Of a stretch of 64,000 nt of DNA, positions 18,837 through 28,153 are shown piece after piece. Made by a program: the position numbers and the translations under genes. Each line of letters starts with the position of its first letter. Positions within the stretch are counted from its first letter, which is position 1. Below the pieces are notes generated by a model. It was not told where the DNA came from. It did not search any database and worked only from the letters and a program-made list of their open reading frames with translations. Source of the DNA: a virus; IMG/VR virus record IMGVR_UViG_3300044213_000051, positions 1-64,000 of that record; one strand, given 5' to 3'.

Positions 18837-18912
18837 AATATCTCCATAATTAACCATCGTAAAATAAAAAATCGGAAAGGGCGATGGCAGTTACCCAATC
18901 CGATCGAAAAAC

Positions 18913-19347
18913 TTAAACCTCGATACCGTTCTCACGGAGAATTTGATTGAAGTCTTCAACTTCCTCATCTTCAATGTAAGATTCATCTACGATTTTTTGT
19001 AGGCGAGATTGCTCTAGTTCAGTATCTGTTTTAACAGAAACTTTCTTAGCCTTAGGAGTTTTCACAATTTTAGTTTTAGGTTGCGCAGGTTGAGCGAAGC
19101 TAGACAACTGCGCATCAGTTGGCCAAGGCATTTCGTATTGACCACGACCAACACGATTGCTTGACTGCAACCAATTAGGATAACCCAACTTCTCACCAGA
19201 AGCAGAACGAGAGTCCTTCATCTTGTAGTAAGCAGCATGAATCTGCTTGGCTCCAAGGGTTTTCTCAGAACGATACTCAGGGAAAAGTTCCAGAGTACGA
19301 ACGATAAAGGTCTTTTGGGATTTGGTAAGATCAGCAAATTTCAACAT
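18913..19347 (-). CDS. Hypothetical early protein related to the N-terminal domain of the adjacent AAA ATPase
   Basis: YPNWL...RVGRGQY versus FPSWL...KAGRGLY; AAGGA RBS. Confidence 0.65.
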   Translation of the reverse strand: MLKFADLTKSQKTFIVRTLELFPEYRSEKTLGAKQIHAAYYKMKDSRSASGEKLGYPNWLQSSNRVGRGQYEMPWPTDAQLSSFAQPAQPKTKIVKTPKAKKVSVKTDTELEQSRLQKIVDESYIEDEEVEDFNQILRENGIEV

Positions 19348-19389
19348 AATATATTTCCTTTTCAACAAAGAGTTTCAACTACAATAATA

Positions 19390-19418
19390 ATTATACTACA
19401 AACAGGGTTATTTGTCAA
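19390..19418 (-). promoter_or_regulatory. Consensus sigma70 promoter
   Basis: TTGACA-17 nt-TATAAT. Confidence 0.85.
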
Positions 19419-19453
19419 GTCTTTTTTCAAATAACCTTGCAACCTGTAGGGGA

Positions 19454-20617
19454 TTAGAATGGCACCTCTGCACTAGGAGCTACAGGGACTTCCTGAACCA
19501 CAGGTGGAACTGGTTCTGGGTTTGATACCTTCTCGAACAGATCCAAGAACGCAGCTTTTGTTGCAACATCAAAACGATTGCAGCAAAGTTCAACAGCTTT
19601 CTTAGTGTTTTTGAAGATTGCAAAGGCACGAACGATGTGGATCATACGACGAGTAGTGATAGTTTCATCAACACCACCATCCTCGAAAGTGCGACGAATT
19701 GCTTCAGCCCACTTGACGAGAGTTTCAGCAAACTCTTGATTCTCACATCCATAAGTCTGCATAAGGTTTGTGATAATCTTCACTTCTACCTTTGCGTTTG
19801 GATATTCTTGGTTGAAAGTCACAGCGAATCGTTCCAAGAATGCTTCGTTCAACACGTTGGTACCAATGTAACGACCATCATCGCTACCTTTACCTTTAGT
19901 GTTGGCAGTAGCCATAATGTTAAAACCCTCGGCAGGAACAATCATCTCATTCTTCAGTTTGAAGTAATAAGGTTTACCCTCGAGAACAGGTTGTAAACAC
20001 AACAGAGTGTTAGCTGAACCAGCATCAATCTCATCAAGCAATAGAGTGCAGCCAGTACGCATAGCGATTAGCACTGGACCCTCAACGATTTCTACGTTAC
20101 CGTCTTCAAGGGTTTTAGAACCAATCAACTGATCTTCGTCAGTCATCATGTTCAAGTTTACACGAATCAAAGGACGTTTGTGTTTCGCACAAATCTGTTC
20201 AACCATAGTAGACTTACCGTTACCTGTCGGACCAGAGATATATGCTGGGTAGAAAATCTTAGACTTGATAATGTTCTCAAGATCTGAGTAGTTTCCGAAT
20301 GGCACAAAATTTGGATCCTTCTTAGGAATCAAAGAGCTGACGTTAGTATAATCCACAGTAAAAGATTCCACAGGTTCAACAGGTTTCAAAGCAGTATTTC
20401 CAACAGCAGGCGCAGTTTTGCCGCCATCAATCGTATACAATCCACGACCAGCTTTATTTACCATTAGCCAGCTTGGGAATTTTTTGGTGCCAAGGGCATC
20501 CATAGTTTCCATAAGTTGCGCACGAGAAACTACACCATTGGTAAAAACATCAGGATGTAGTTCGGTCAACTTAGACTCGAAAGAACTAACAAAACCAGAA
20601 TCAAAATTTGCCATCAT
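19454..20617 (-). CDS. MoxR/CobS-like AAA+ ATPase
   Basis: GPTGNGKS, LLLDEID, ATANTKGKGSDDGRYIGTNVLNEAFLERF. Confidence 0.92.
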   Translation of the reverse strand: MMANFDSGFVSSFESKLTELHPDVFTNGVVSRAQLMETMDALGTKKFPSWLMVNKAGRGLYTIDGGKTAPAVGNTALKPVEPVESFTVDYTNVSSLIPKKDPNFVPFGNYSDLENIIKSKIFYPAYISGPTGNGKSTMVEQICAKHKRPLIRVNLNMMTDEDQLIGSKTLEDGNVEIVEGPVLIAMRTGCTLLLDEIDAGSANTLLCLQPVLEGKPYYFKLKNEMIVPAEGFNIMATANTKGKGSDDGRYIGTNVLNEAFLERFAVTFNQEYPNAKVEVKIITNLMQTYGCENQEFAETLVKWAEAIRRTFEDGGVDETITTRRMIHIVRAFAIFKNTKKAVELCCNRFDVATKAAFLDLFEKVSNPEPVPPVVQEVPVAPSAEVPF

Positions 20618-20667
20618 TCACTCACTTTCATAATAAAACAACTTACAATTCAACTTTCCATACAATA

Positions 20668-20696
20668 ATTATACCTGATTATTGAATTATTGTCAA
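20668..20696 (-). promoter_or_regulatory. Consensus sigma70 promoter
   Basis: TTGACA-17 nt-TATAAT. Confidence 0.85.
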
Positions 20697-20709
20697 TACC
20701 CCATGGGAT

Positions 20710-20752
20710 CCTTTACAGGTAAGGGTCTAAAAGACCCTACACCCTGTAGGGT
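20710..20752. repeat. Variant copy plus ACCCTAC-N5-GTAGGGT palindrome (may also act as terminator)
   Basis: 20735-20751 matches the motif exactly; 20710-20725 shares 12 nt in inverted orientation with 12360-12371. Confidence 0.75.
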
Positions 20753-22926
20753 TATGCAACATAGCCAATAAACTGGTTCAGTAAAACTCGGCTGGTCTTT
20801 TTACCAGACATAACCTTTGTAAACTGACGAGCAATTTGCTTGGCTGTATGCTTTTCTTCAACTTCCACTTCAGCATCTTCCGTTTTCAAAGAGTTGATTG
20901 GAATGATAAACAAATCATCACGACCACTGTTCTTGATAGAAGAAAACCCCTGATCACGAAAATCTTTTCTCATATTTTCAATCATGTTGAACATACTACC
21001 GTTGAATCCTGGGATATTAGAATTAACAACAGCTTGTAAATCATTACGATGGTTTCTTGTGACGTAGAAACCAACAGTCGTAACACCATAACGATCTTTA
21101 ATCATACGAATCAACGATTCAGTTTGAATATTAGAATACCGTGAGAAGTTATAAGTTTTCTTCGTAACTGGATCCACCAGAAAATGTTTCTGTTGAATCT
21201 TAGTATACTTACCTTGATCATCATAAACATAACGATGATCGTCCAAAGCATAACGAGAAGAACTGTGTGGATATAAAGGACTACCCTCACCATCGGTCAA
21301 CGTGATGAACGAAAGTTTCTCCACATTATTTGCGGAAACAAACTTAGGAATATACTTTAACATATACGCAAGTGCTTCGTTAAGTGGAGTTCCACTCAAA
21401 CTATAATCGAAAGATTTAGAACGTTGGAATTTCCAGAAACACAACAATCTACGAACCATTGTATTAAACTCAACACTACTCATCTTGTTAGACAACAATT
21501 CAAGCAAAGCAAATGTTTGTCTACCATTATTCAAAGTTCCATCAGCACGTCCTTGGCAGCCGAGTTCTGCTTGTTTAACCCTTTCTTCGTATGTAAAATC
21601 GCGGAAAATGTCATACTGCGAACTAAAGGCAAATACCTGATATGGAATCTGAGCACGATGACAGAACATAGCCAAGGTAACAACCTGTTCGATTGTTTCT
21701 TGAATCACGTTTTGCATAGAACCAGACCAATCGAGTAAGAAAACCATGCCATGGTTTTTACCTTGTGGAATAGTAGTAACACGTTTGAACAAATCGTCGT
21801 TTAGTTTGTAAGACCAAACCTTACGCATGTCCAACTGACCAATCTTCGATGTTTGAGCACGTTTGTATAAAGTCGCACTCTTACGCATCTCAAACTCTTT
21901 GATTAGATAGTTAACAATACGTGAAGAATTCAATTTGAATTTGTCAAGAGTTTCTTTCTGTTTATTACCATAGTCAGGGTCTGTGTATATTTCATCGGTT
22001 TCAGTGGTTTCAGAAATAACTTTCTTGAATGGGACAATTGGGTCGAACGTGTAAGAATCATCAACTTGATAATACAAGATTTCTGTTTTATCGTCAGCCA
22101 ACTCTTCAAGTTTCTTAGACAACATTTTGTCTGTCTTGGTTTCCAACTCAGAGTCAAGTTTCTGTTCTATTTGTTCTTCAGAAGATCTACCCAAAGAAGG
22201 TTGTTTTTTATCGTTATTATCGAAACCATCGTCCTCAGAAGTTTCGTTTGTGTCTTCAATATCAGAGTCGTCAAATGATCCAGAGAAATCTTCATCAATT
22301 TCGTCAAGGTCACCAAAATCGTCATCACCCTCTAACAGTTCTGGTTCTTCAGCAAGACCCTGTTCAATTTTCTTGCGCAACTCTTCACGTGAATACGCAT
22401 AAATTTCGTTGGCCAATTCAAGAACATCATCAACAGTTTCAGTGCGTTCGGCACGATCAACGAAATTCTTTTCGCCGATGCTGAATTTTACACCACAACC
22501 ATATCCAGCTTTAAAGTAAAGGTTGATTTTATCAATCAACAACATCGCATTCATGTCAGATTTCTGAACACCAAAAAAGTCTTTCTCGTTGAGTTCTTTG
22601 TAACCCTCGGACATTGTTTTGCGAATACCAGGATATTTACGCTTGATCAACTTCTCGATGCGAACGTCTTCGAGGATGTTTAGATAACCCATAATCTTAG
22701 GGTTGTTTTTGATCGGCTCGAAATACTCTTCAGTTGTATACAATGCATGACCAACTTCGTGACCAACAAGCATACCCTCTACCACAGGGGACATTTCTTT
22801 CCACATAGGTAGGGTTAGCACACGGGACTTAACATCGAACGATGCAGTTTGGGTTCTTGCTCGGCGAACACTGATGTTCTCAGTGGCGAGTAGTTTTGCA
22901 GAAAGGTCAACAGCGTTTATTTTCAT
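20752..22926 (-). CDS. CobT-like protein: N-terminal HExxH metallopeptidase-like domain, acidic linker, VWA domain
   Basis: HEVGHALYT, NILEDVRIE, MIDAS DWSGSM, GTPL, LTDGEG; paired with the MoxR ATPase. Confidence 0.88.
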   Translation of the reverse strand: MKINAVDLSAKLLATENISVRRARTQTASFDVKSRVLTLPMWKEMSPVVEGMLVGHEVGHALYTTEEYFEPIKNNPKIMGYLNILEDVRIEKLIKRKYPGIRKTMSEGYKELNEKDFFGVQKSDMNAMLLIDKINLYFKAGYGCGVKFSIGEKNFVDRAERTETVDDVLELANEIYAYSREELRKKIEQGLAEEPELLEGDDDFGDLDEIDEDFSGSFDDSDIEDTNETSEDDGFDNNDKKQPSLGRSSEEQIEQKLDSELETKTDKMLSKKLEELADDKTEILYYQVDDSYTFDPIVPFKKVISETTETDEIYTDPDYGNKQKETLDKFKLNSSRIVNYLIKEFEMRKSATLYKRAQTSKIGQLDMRKVWSYKLNDDLFKRVTTIPQGKNHGMVFLLDWSGSMQNVIQETIEQVVTLAMFCHRAQIPYQVFAFSSQYDIFRDFTYEERVKQAELGCQGRADGTLNNGRQTFALLELLSNKMSSVEFNTMVRRLLCFWKFQRSKSFDYSLSGTPLNEALAYMLKYIPKFVSANNVEKLSFITLTDGEGSPLYPHSSSRYALDDHRYVYDDQGKYTKIQQKHFLVDPVTKKTYNFSRYSNIQTESLIRMIKDRYGVTTVGFYVTRNHRNDLQAVVNSNIPGFNGSMFNMIENMRKDFRDQGFSSIKNSGRDDLFIIPINSLKTEDAEVEVEEKHTAKQIARQFTKVMSGKKTSRVLLNQFIGYVA

Positions 22927-22950
22927 AATCAATTCCTCATTATAAGAGTA

Positions 22951-22979
22951 ATTATGCCTGATTATGTGTTTTTTGTCAA
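22951..22979 (-). promoter_or_regulatory. Sigma70 promoter
   Basis: TTGACA-17 nt-CATAAT. Confidence 0.75.
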
Positions 22980-22998
22980 GGACTATTTTTAGCCCTCG

Positions 22999-23011
22999 TA
23001 AGTCGTTGATT
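22999..23011 (-). promoter_or_regulatory. IHF-consensus site
   Basis: AATCAACGACTTA matches WATCAANNNNTTR, ~20 bp upstream of the -35. Confidence 0.5.
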
Positions 23012-23023
23012 TATAATGAAAAA

Positions 23024-23048
23024 ATAACCCTACAGGACGTAGGGTTAT
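23024..23048. repeat. ATAACCCTAC-N5-GTAGGGTTAT palindrome (terminator and/or operator)
   Basis: Perfect 10-bp arms, T-tract on the minus strand, overlaps the gp46 stop. Confidence 0.75.
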
Positions 23049-24757
23049 ACAATTACGGAGAACTCGTTTCTCTTCTCAAATCTGATTACAGACCTGAATT
23101 TGTCGAAAAGTTGGTCACCCTTGTGACTTATAACGAAGATGTTGGACTTGTCACCGAACTGGTTCATAAGGTTTAGGAAGTAGTCGGTTCCAGCTGTATC
23201 CAATGATGAGTCAAAAATCTCATCCAGCAGCAATAGGTTTGTATTGACTGAGTTCTTCATCTTGGCAATTTGTCTCCATGTAAAGAGGATGGCTAAGTCA
23301 ATACGCATCTTCTCACCCTCTGAGAAACTTGCGTAAGTAAACTCGTCACGATGGCGTGACTTAACGATCTCGTTAAACGACTCATCAAGTTCAAAATGAA
23401 TATAAGCATCCATTGCATTAAGATACTTATTGATCAACTTGTTCATCGCTGGTAAATACTCACGAATGATCGCAGTCTTAATCCCAGTGTCTTTCAACAA
23501 AATAGAAGCAACTTCCTCAAGGTTTCGTTTCTCGTTAAGTAATGTTTTCGCAGTAATCTTATCGAGTGCATCTTGAGCCAAATCTTTTAACTTACGTTTC
23601 TCTTCATCAATGTTTGTTGTATCATTCTTCGCTGTTTGAATCTCTGATTCAAGGCTACCATTTTGTTTATTGAGTAACGTGATTGTGGAATTTTTTGTTG
23701 ATAGCTCAATGTTTTTCTCTGTGATTTTTTCAACGATGGAGTTAATACGCTCCAGGTCAGCATTAAGTTTTTGTAAGACTGTGGTAAGATCTTCGACTTT
23801 TGAATTATTCTCCGCAAGTTTACTCTCAAGATCTTGAATGATTTTCGACTTATGATCTTCTGGGATGTCTTGACTGCATGACGGACATACTTCATGCTCT
23901 GAAAAAAATTCACTGTGTAGTTCACAGGTTTCGACTTTTTGTAACAACTTTGACTTAAGAGTTTTTGCCTTTTCGATATCTTCAGCAATTCGTTTCTTAT
24001 CCGCAATCCCTGTTTTAAGTGACTCGATCTCCGAAACGATTTGCTCAATCTCGCTCTCTGTCTTAGCCACTTCAGCATTGTTAGCAACAATCTTTGCTTG
24101 GATGCTTTCGATTGCTGTGGTCTTGGCTTCGGTAATCGTTTTGATGATTGTTTGCTGAGACTCAACTTTATCTTTTGCGCTCTTGATTTCACTCTCTGTT
24201 CTGTTAATAGCATCTTTAGTTTCCTGCGCTTTCTCTTTCAATAACTGATTCATTATTGAAAAGATTTTAATATCCAAGATATCTTCAATAACTTCTCTAC
24301 GTTGGTGAGATGGAAGTTGCATGAATGGAACAAATGAAGCTGATCCGAGGATAACAACTTGTGTGAAGGTCTTGTAATTTAGACGTAGAATTTGTTGCTC
24401 AAGAACTTTCTGATAGTCACGTGATGCAGCATCTTGATTGAGCATGACGCCATCACACCAAATTTCAAATACGTTTGGTTTGATACCACGAATGATTTTA
24501 TATTCTTTGTTCCCAACATTAAATTCAATGGTGACTAAACAGTTCTTCCCATTGATTGAGTTAATCAACTGTCCCTTGTTAATGTTACGAAATGGTTTTC
24601 CAAACAACGAAAAACACAATGCGTCTAAGATTGTGCTCTTACCTTCGCCATTCTTACCAATGATTAAAGTTGTTGGTGACTTATCTAACAGTACTTTATT
24701 AGCAGAGTTACCAGTAGATAAAAAATTTTTCCACTGAACAGAACGAAAAATGATCAC
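23045..24757 (-). CDS. 46: Rad50/SbcC-like recombination ATPase (T4 gp46)
   Basis: GKNGEGKS, CPSC zinc hook, FSEGEKMRID, LLLDEIFD, SHK. Confidence 0.97.
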   Translation of the reverse strand: MIIFRSVQWKNFLSTGNSANKVLLDKSPTTLIIGKNGEGKSTILDALCFSLFGKPFRNINKGQLINSINGKNCLVTIEFNVGNKEYKIIRGIKPNVFEIWCDGVMLNQDAASRDYQKVLEQQILRLNYKTFTQVVILGSASFVPFMQLPSHQRREVIEDILDIKIFSIMNQLLKEKAQETKDAINRTESEIKSAKDKVESQQTIIKTITEAKTTAIESIQAKIVANNAEVAKTESEIEQIVSEIESLKTGIADKKRIAEDIEKAKTLKSKLLQKVETCELHSEFFSEHEVCPSCSQDIPEDHKSKIIQDLESKLAENNSKVEDLTTVLQKLNADLERINSIVEKITEKNIELSTKNSTITLLNKQNGSLESEIQTAKNDTTNIDEEKRKLKDLAQDALDKITAKTLLNEKRNLEEVASILLKDTGIKTAIIREYLPAMNKLINKYLNAMDAYIHFELDESFNEIVKSRHRDEFTYASFSEGEKMRIDLAILFTWRQIAKMKNSVNTNLLLLDEIFDSSLDTAGTDYFLNLMNQFGDKSNIFVISHKGDQLFDKFRSVIRFEKRNEFSVIV

Positions 24758-24760
24758 TGT

Positions 24761-25120
24761 TTATTTACCTTTAATAATATTATCTTTCCACTCCCAACCA
24801 AGAATTAACTTAGTAAAGATTCTATGTAAAAAATTCGGTTTGGTTTTACGACCAACAGACATATTTGGTGTCACTTTCCAAGAACCAACAGCACCATCTG
24901 GTAATACTTGGAAGTCCTGATAATTTGGACTAACAGTAGCCCAAGTGACAGCACCATTAGCAGCAAGAGTTAATCCTGTTCCAGATGTAAGAGTAATAGA
25001 ACTCGCTGCCCATTGCTTACGTTGTTCCTCTTGATATCGTTCACAAGGTGTATAATCTAAATCAAGATTTACTTGCTCAGTTAATGGCCAAAAGAACGGG
25101 ATCTCTTGTTGATGCATCAT
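24761..25120 (-). CDS. Hypothetical protein between gp47 and gp46
   Basis: 119-aa ORF overlapping the gp47 stop. Confidence 0.6.
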   Translation of the reverse strand: MMHQQEIPFFWPLTEQVNLDLDYTPCERYQEEQRKQWAASSITLTSGTGLTLAANGAVTWATVSPNYQDFQVLPDGAVGSWKVTPNMSVGRKTKPNFLHRIFTKLILGWEWKDNIIKGK

Positions 25121-26172
25121 TGAACCTCTAAATTGATAGCTTCCGTATAAAGCGATTTCATGAACGATTTTACTTGTTCTTTATCGCTATCAGTTTCAAT
25201 CGAATCAATAAAATGAGAAAGAACACTTACAGTGTCTTCCAAATTAATCTCTTCTCCAATCTCTCCGTCCTCAAACTCAGAAAGATCTTCAATAATTTTT
25301 ACTTCAGTACATCCTTTATTATACAGCTTTTGAGTAAATCTGTCAAATTTATAATAATCAGTTTTATTAACTACTACAAGTTTAACATATTTGTCTTTCA
25401 AGTCAACAGTATCTAAGTCCAACGGCTCTTTTTCTTTGTCGTCGTATTCGATTCTGGCGAACATTGTATAAGGATTTTGGATGAATTCGAGTTCTCTTGA
25501 TTCAAGATCGAACAAGTGAAATCCTCGGGGATCGTTATAATCTTGCCATGTGAGTTCGTACGGATTTCCCAGATAGTATATGTGAGAATCATTGCTGCGA
25601 TGATGGTAGTGACCAGAAAACACAAGATCAAACTTTTCAAACAAATCTTTAGATAAACCTTCATGGCTTTCCATTCCTCTATACATTGCAAAGCCAGCGA
25701 TTTCAAAATGCCCCATACATACAACAGCTGATGTTGTTTTCATATGTTCAATACTTTCAGTATAATTCTCTGGACAAATCCAAGGTATCATGGCAATCTT
25801 CATACCATCAACCTCAATATCAACAGGAGAATCAATTACGTTGATATTATCATACTCTTGTAACAATAAATCTGGCGAATTTATTTCATTAGTGTTTTTA
25901 AAGTAAGTATCATGATTACCAGCAAGCATATGTACGCTAATACCTTTATCCTTAAGCTGGTCGAAGAACATCTTTTTTGCTCTGTCAAGTGCGTAAAAAT
26001 TGACATACTTTCTTCTATCAAAGGTATCACCAAGAATAAGAACAGTGCTAATACCAGCTGAATCGAGAATAGGGAAAAAAGTATTGTCATAAAACTTTTG
26101 GTAGAAATCTAGAAATGCTACGCTATCATTCCTCGCACCAAAATGCTGGTCTGTTATTATCGCTACTTTCAA
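25117..26172 (-). CDS. 47: Mre11/SbcD-like nuclease (T4 gp47)
   Basis: DQHFG, GDTFD, GNHD, GHFE, SGHYH metallophosphoesterase motifs. Confidence 0.97.
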   Translation of the reverse strand: MKVAIITDQHFGARNDSVAFLDFYQKFYDNTFFPILDSAGISTVLILGDTFDRRKYVNFYALDRAKKMFFDQLKDKGISVHMLAGNHDTYFKNTNEINSPDLLLQEYDNINVIDSPVDIEVDGMKIAMIPWICPENYTESIEHMKTTSAVVCMGHFEIAGFAMYRGMESHEGLSKDLFEKFDLVFSGHYHHRSNDSHIYYLGNPYELTWQDYNDPRGFHLFDLESRELEFIQNPYTMFARIEYDDKEKEPLDLDTVDLKDKYVKLVVVNKTDYYKFDRFTQKLYNKGCTEVKIIEDLSEFEDGEIGEEINLEDTVSVLSHFIDSIETDSDKEQVKSFMKSLYTEAINLEVQ

Positions 26173-26296
26173 TATCAACCTCCAATGTTTTAATGTTAAC
26201 TGAATACTTCTCTATATACTCACTCAATTCTTGAATATTATCATATGATCCTTCGGTAGTAATACCATCGATCATCATAGCTCGTACACGGATCAT
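26126..26296 (-). CDS. Small hypothetical protein (56 aa; below the ORF-track cutoff)
   Basis: ATG overlaps the stop of the AAA gene (ATGA); MIRVRAMMIDGITTEGSY...; fills the gap before gp47. Confidence 0.45.
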   Translation of the reverse strand: MIRVRAMMIDGITTEGSYDNIQELSEYIEKYSVNIKTLEVDIESSDNNRPAFWCEE

Positions 26297-27477
26297 AGGA
26301 AACCTACCTTTCTTTCTTTTGGTTTGTTAACTTGAGTGTTGAAAATTTCAGCGATAGAGAAAGTGATAGTCTCACCACCCTTACGTTCGGGTACAACACC
26401 ACCAAGTTTATCGGCAAGTTTTTTCGCATCACCGATTTGTAGTGGTTTGAACTCTACGATGTCAAAACAACGTCCAGGACGAACCAACGCTGAATCAATA
26501 TCGCGAATAGAAGGCAGGTTTGTTGAGAAAATCATTTTCTTACCTTTGGTAGTTACCAGACCATCGCCCACATTAAGGAAACGATGCATCATTGTATTAC
26601 CATCGCTGCGTGATTTTAAGAACGCATCGCTGTCTTCAAGAATCATAATGTTATCATCTGATTCAATGAAACGTGCAAAGAAACCATCTTTATCCAAAAT
26701 GTTTGAATCGTAAGAAACAACAGCTGATGAGTTTGTGTGCGCAAGCAAACCTCGGATAAAGGTAGTCTTACCAGTTCCAGGTGGTCCAATTAAAAGGAGG
26801 ATGTTTGCTGAAGATTCCATGTATCGATCATAATATGATTCTAAACTTTCTCCATTCAAGAAAGGATACATTTCTTCAACTGGAAGGCGATCGCGATTCA
26901 ACGGAACATTAACAGAGTTTCCGTCTGCGCTATACACCCATTCGATGTGACAAGTAACAACTGAAAAGTTATTCTCTACCAAAGAAATTACACCATCACA
27001 GAAGTCAGCATCACCATAAGCACGAACGCTTGTTGTGTTACTGTTTACATCATAACGAATGTAATTATTCGTTTCTTGTTCAATGATCATACCACTAGAA
27101 CTGTTTGGCTGAATATACAATTCTTTTGTGAATGTAGCTTCTGCCCATTTCGCCCAGTGTTCTCTGTTACAAAGAACATTAGTTTCACGATGTACTGTTT
27201 TTTGATTTGCGTCAAAACGTCTCTTAAGAAGTTCTGATACAATCAAATCATCAAAATCACTACAGCCTAAAAAGATTTTTTGGTTTTCAGTTTCGTTCAT
27301 AATTTTATTCAAGTTAAACATGTTATCAGTGGCATCCCAAGTATGCCTACGAAGAGTTCTATCTTTTCTTCTAGCTCTCCCTCGTCTTCTTCTTACAGGA
27401 AATGGGCGAACTCCGTCAGCAATTAAGCTGTTAATCCAACTGCGGACGCTCGTCGGTCTTGCTGTCATTCTCTTCAC
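26293..27477 (-). CDS. AAA+ ATPase (classical clade, BCS1/FtsH-like second region of homology)
   Basis: GPPGTGKT, ILEDSD, STN...IDSALVRPGRCFD. Confidence 0.88.
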   Translation of the reverse strand: MKRMTARPTSVRSWINSLIADGVRPFPVRRRRGRARRKDRTLRRHTWDATDNMFNLNKIMNETENQKIFLGCSDFDDLIVSELLKRRFDANQKTVHRETNVLCNREHWAKWAEATFTKELYIQPNSSSGMIIEQETNNYIRYDVNSNTTSVRAYGDADFCDGVISLVENNFSVVTCHIEWVYSADGNSVNVPLNRDRLPVEEMYPFLNGESLESYYDRYMESSANILLLIGPPGTGKTTFIRGLLAHTNSSAVVSYDSNILDKDGFFARFIESDDNIMILEDSDAFLKSRSDGNTMMHRFLNVGDGLVTTKGKKMIFSTNLPSIRDIDSALVRPGRCFDIVEFKPLQIGDAKKLADKLGGVVPERKGGETITFSIAEIFNTQVNKPKERKVGFL

Positions 27478-27997
27478 CTATAAAATCATCTAGAGACGCT
27501 TTCTTTTTCGCAACCTTTTCTTTTTTCTTGGTCACAAATGAATCGTCATAATTACTATTGTTTTGCATAAAGTCAATGTAAGCATTATGATAATGCCCAT
27601 CTTCGTCATGTTCTTGTATATCAAATGATTCAAACGACATGTCTTGAATCAACTTACCTTTAATATACGACTGTTTCTTTTCCTTCGAAATTCTTCGCAA
27701 GAAAGCAAAGTAAATAATCTGAGTAAAATATGCAAAAGGATTGCTTGACTTACTTGGGTCGAAGTTATCAATATAATGAATACAGTTCTCGATGCCATCA
27801 AGAATCATATCATCTTTGTAACTATAGTTAATAAAATTCGGTTTGTATGATAAGTGCGTTGCGATCTTTAAAATACACTCGCCGATATAATTACTAACGA
27901 TCGGTTTCGGTAAGCCATTCTCTTCAGCGTGTTTTACCTTTTCTTTATAATCTTTTATTGCGACTAAAAAGTCAGCGTTATTTACATATTGTGCCAC
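27431..27997 (-). CDS. 55: Late-transcription sigma factor (T4 gp55)
   Basis: YVNNADFL, KIATHLSYKPNFINY, NPFAYFTQIIYFAFLRRI.KEKKQ. Confidence 0.96.
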   Translation of the reverse strand: MAQYVNNADFLVAIKDYKEKVKHAEENGLPKPIVSNYIGECILKIATHLSYKPNFINYSYKDDMILDGIENCIHYIDNFDPSKSSNPFAYFTQIIYFAFLRRISKEKKQSYIKGKLIQDMSFESFDIQEHDEDGHYHNAYIDFMQNNSNYDDSFVTKKKEKVAKKKASLDDFIGEENDSKTDERPQLD

Positions 27998-28034
27998 ATT
28001 CGTATCCTCTGTTAATTAATAACAGCTAAGAGTA

Positions 28035-28063
28035 AGTTTACTTCTAAAGGGGAATTTTGTCAA
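28035..28063 (-). promoter_or_regulatory. Sigma70 promoter for gp55
   Basis: TTGACA-17 nt-TAAACT. Confidence 0.7.
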
Positions 28064-28153
28064 ATCTTTTTTCTTGTATATTTACAAAGAAATAAATTTG
28101 CTTTTTATTTGACGAAAGAGTAAAGTTACGGTGTAGGGTTTGATGTGAGTAAA

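Noticed and set aside
19454-22926. cobS/cobT as cobalamin auxiliary metabolic genes
   Set aside because: Generic MoxR AAA + VWA pair common in T4-like phages; no cobN or other cob genes present
23587-24213. 208-aa alternative-frame ORF inside gp46
   Set aside because: Same-strand off-frame shadow over the coiled-coil region; no RBS or motif support
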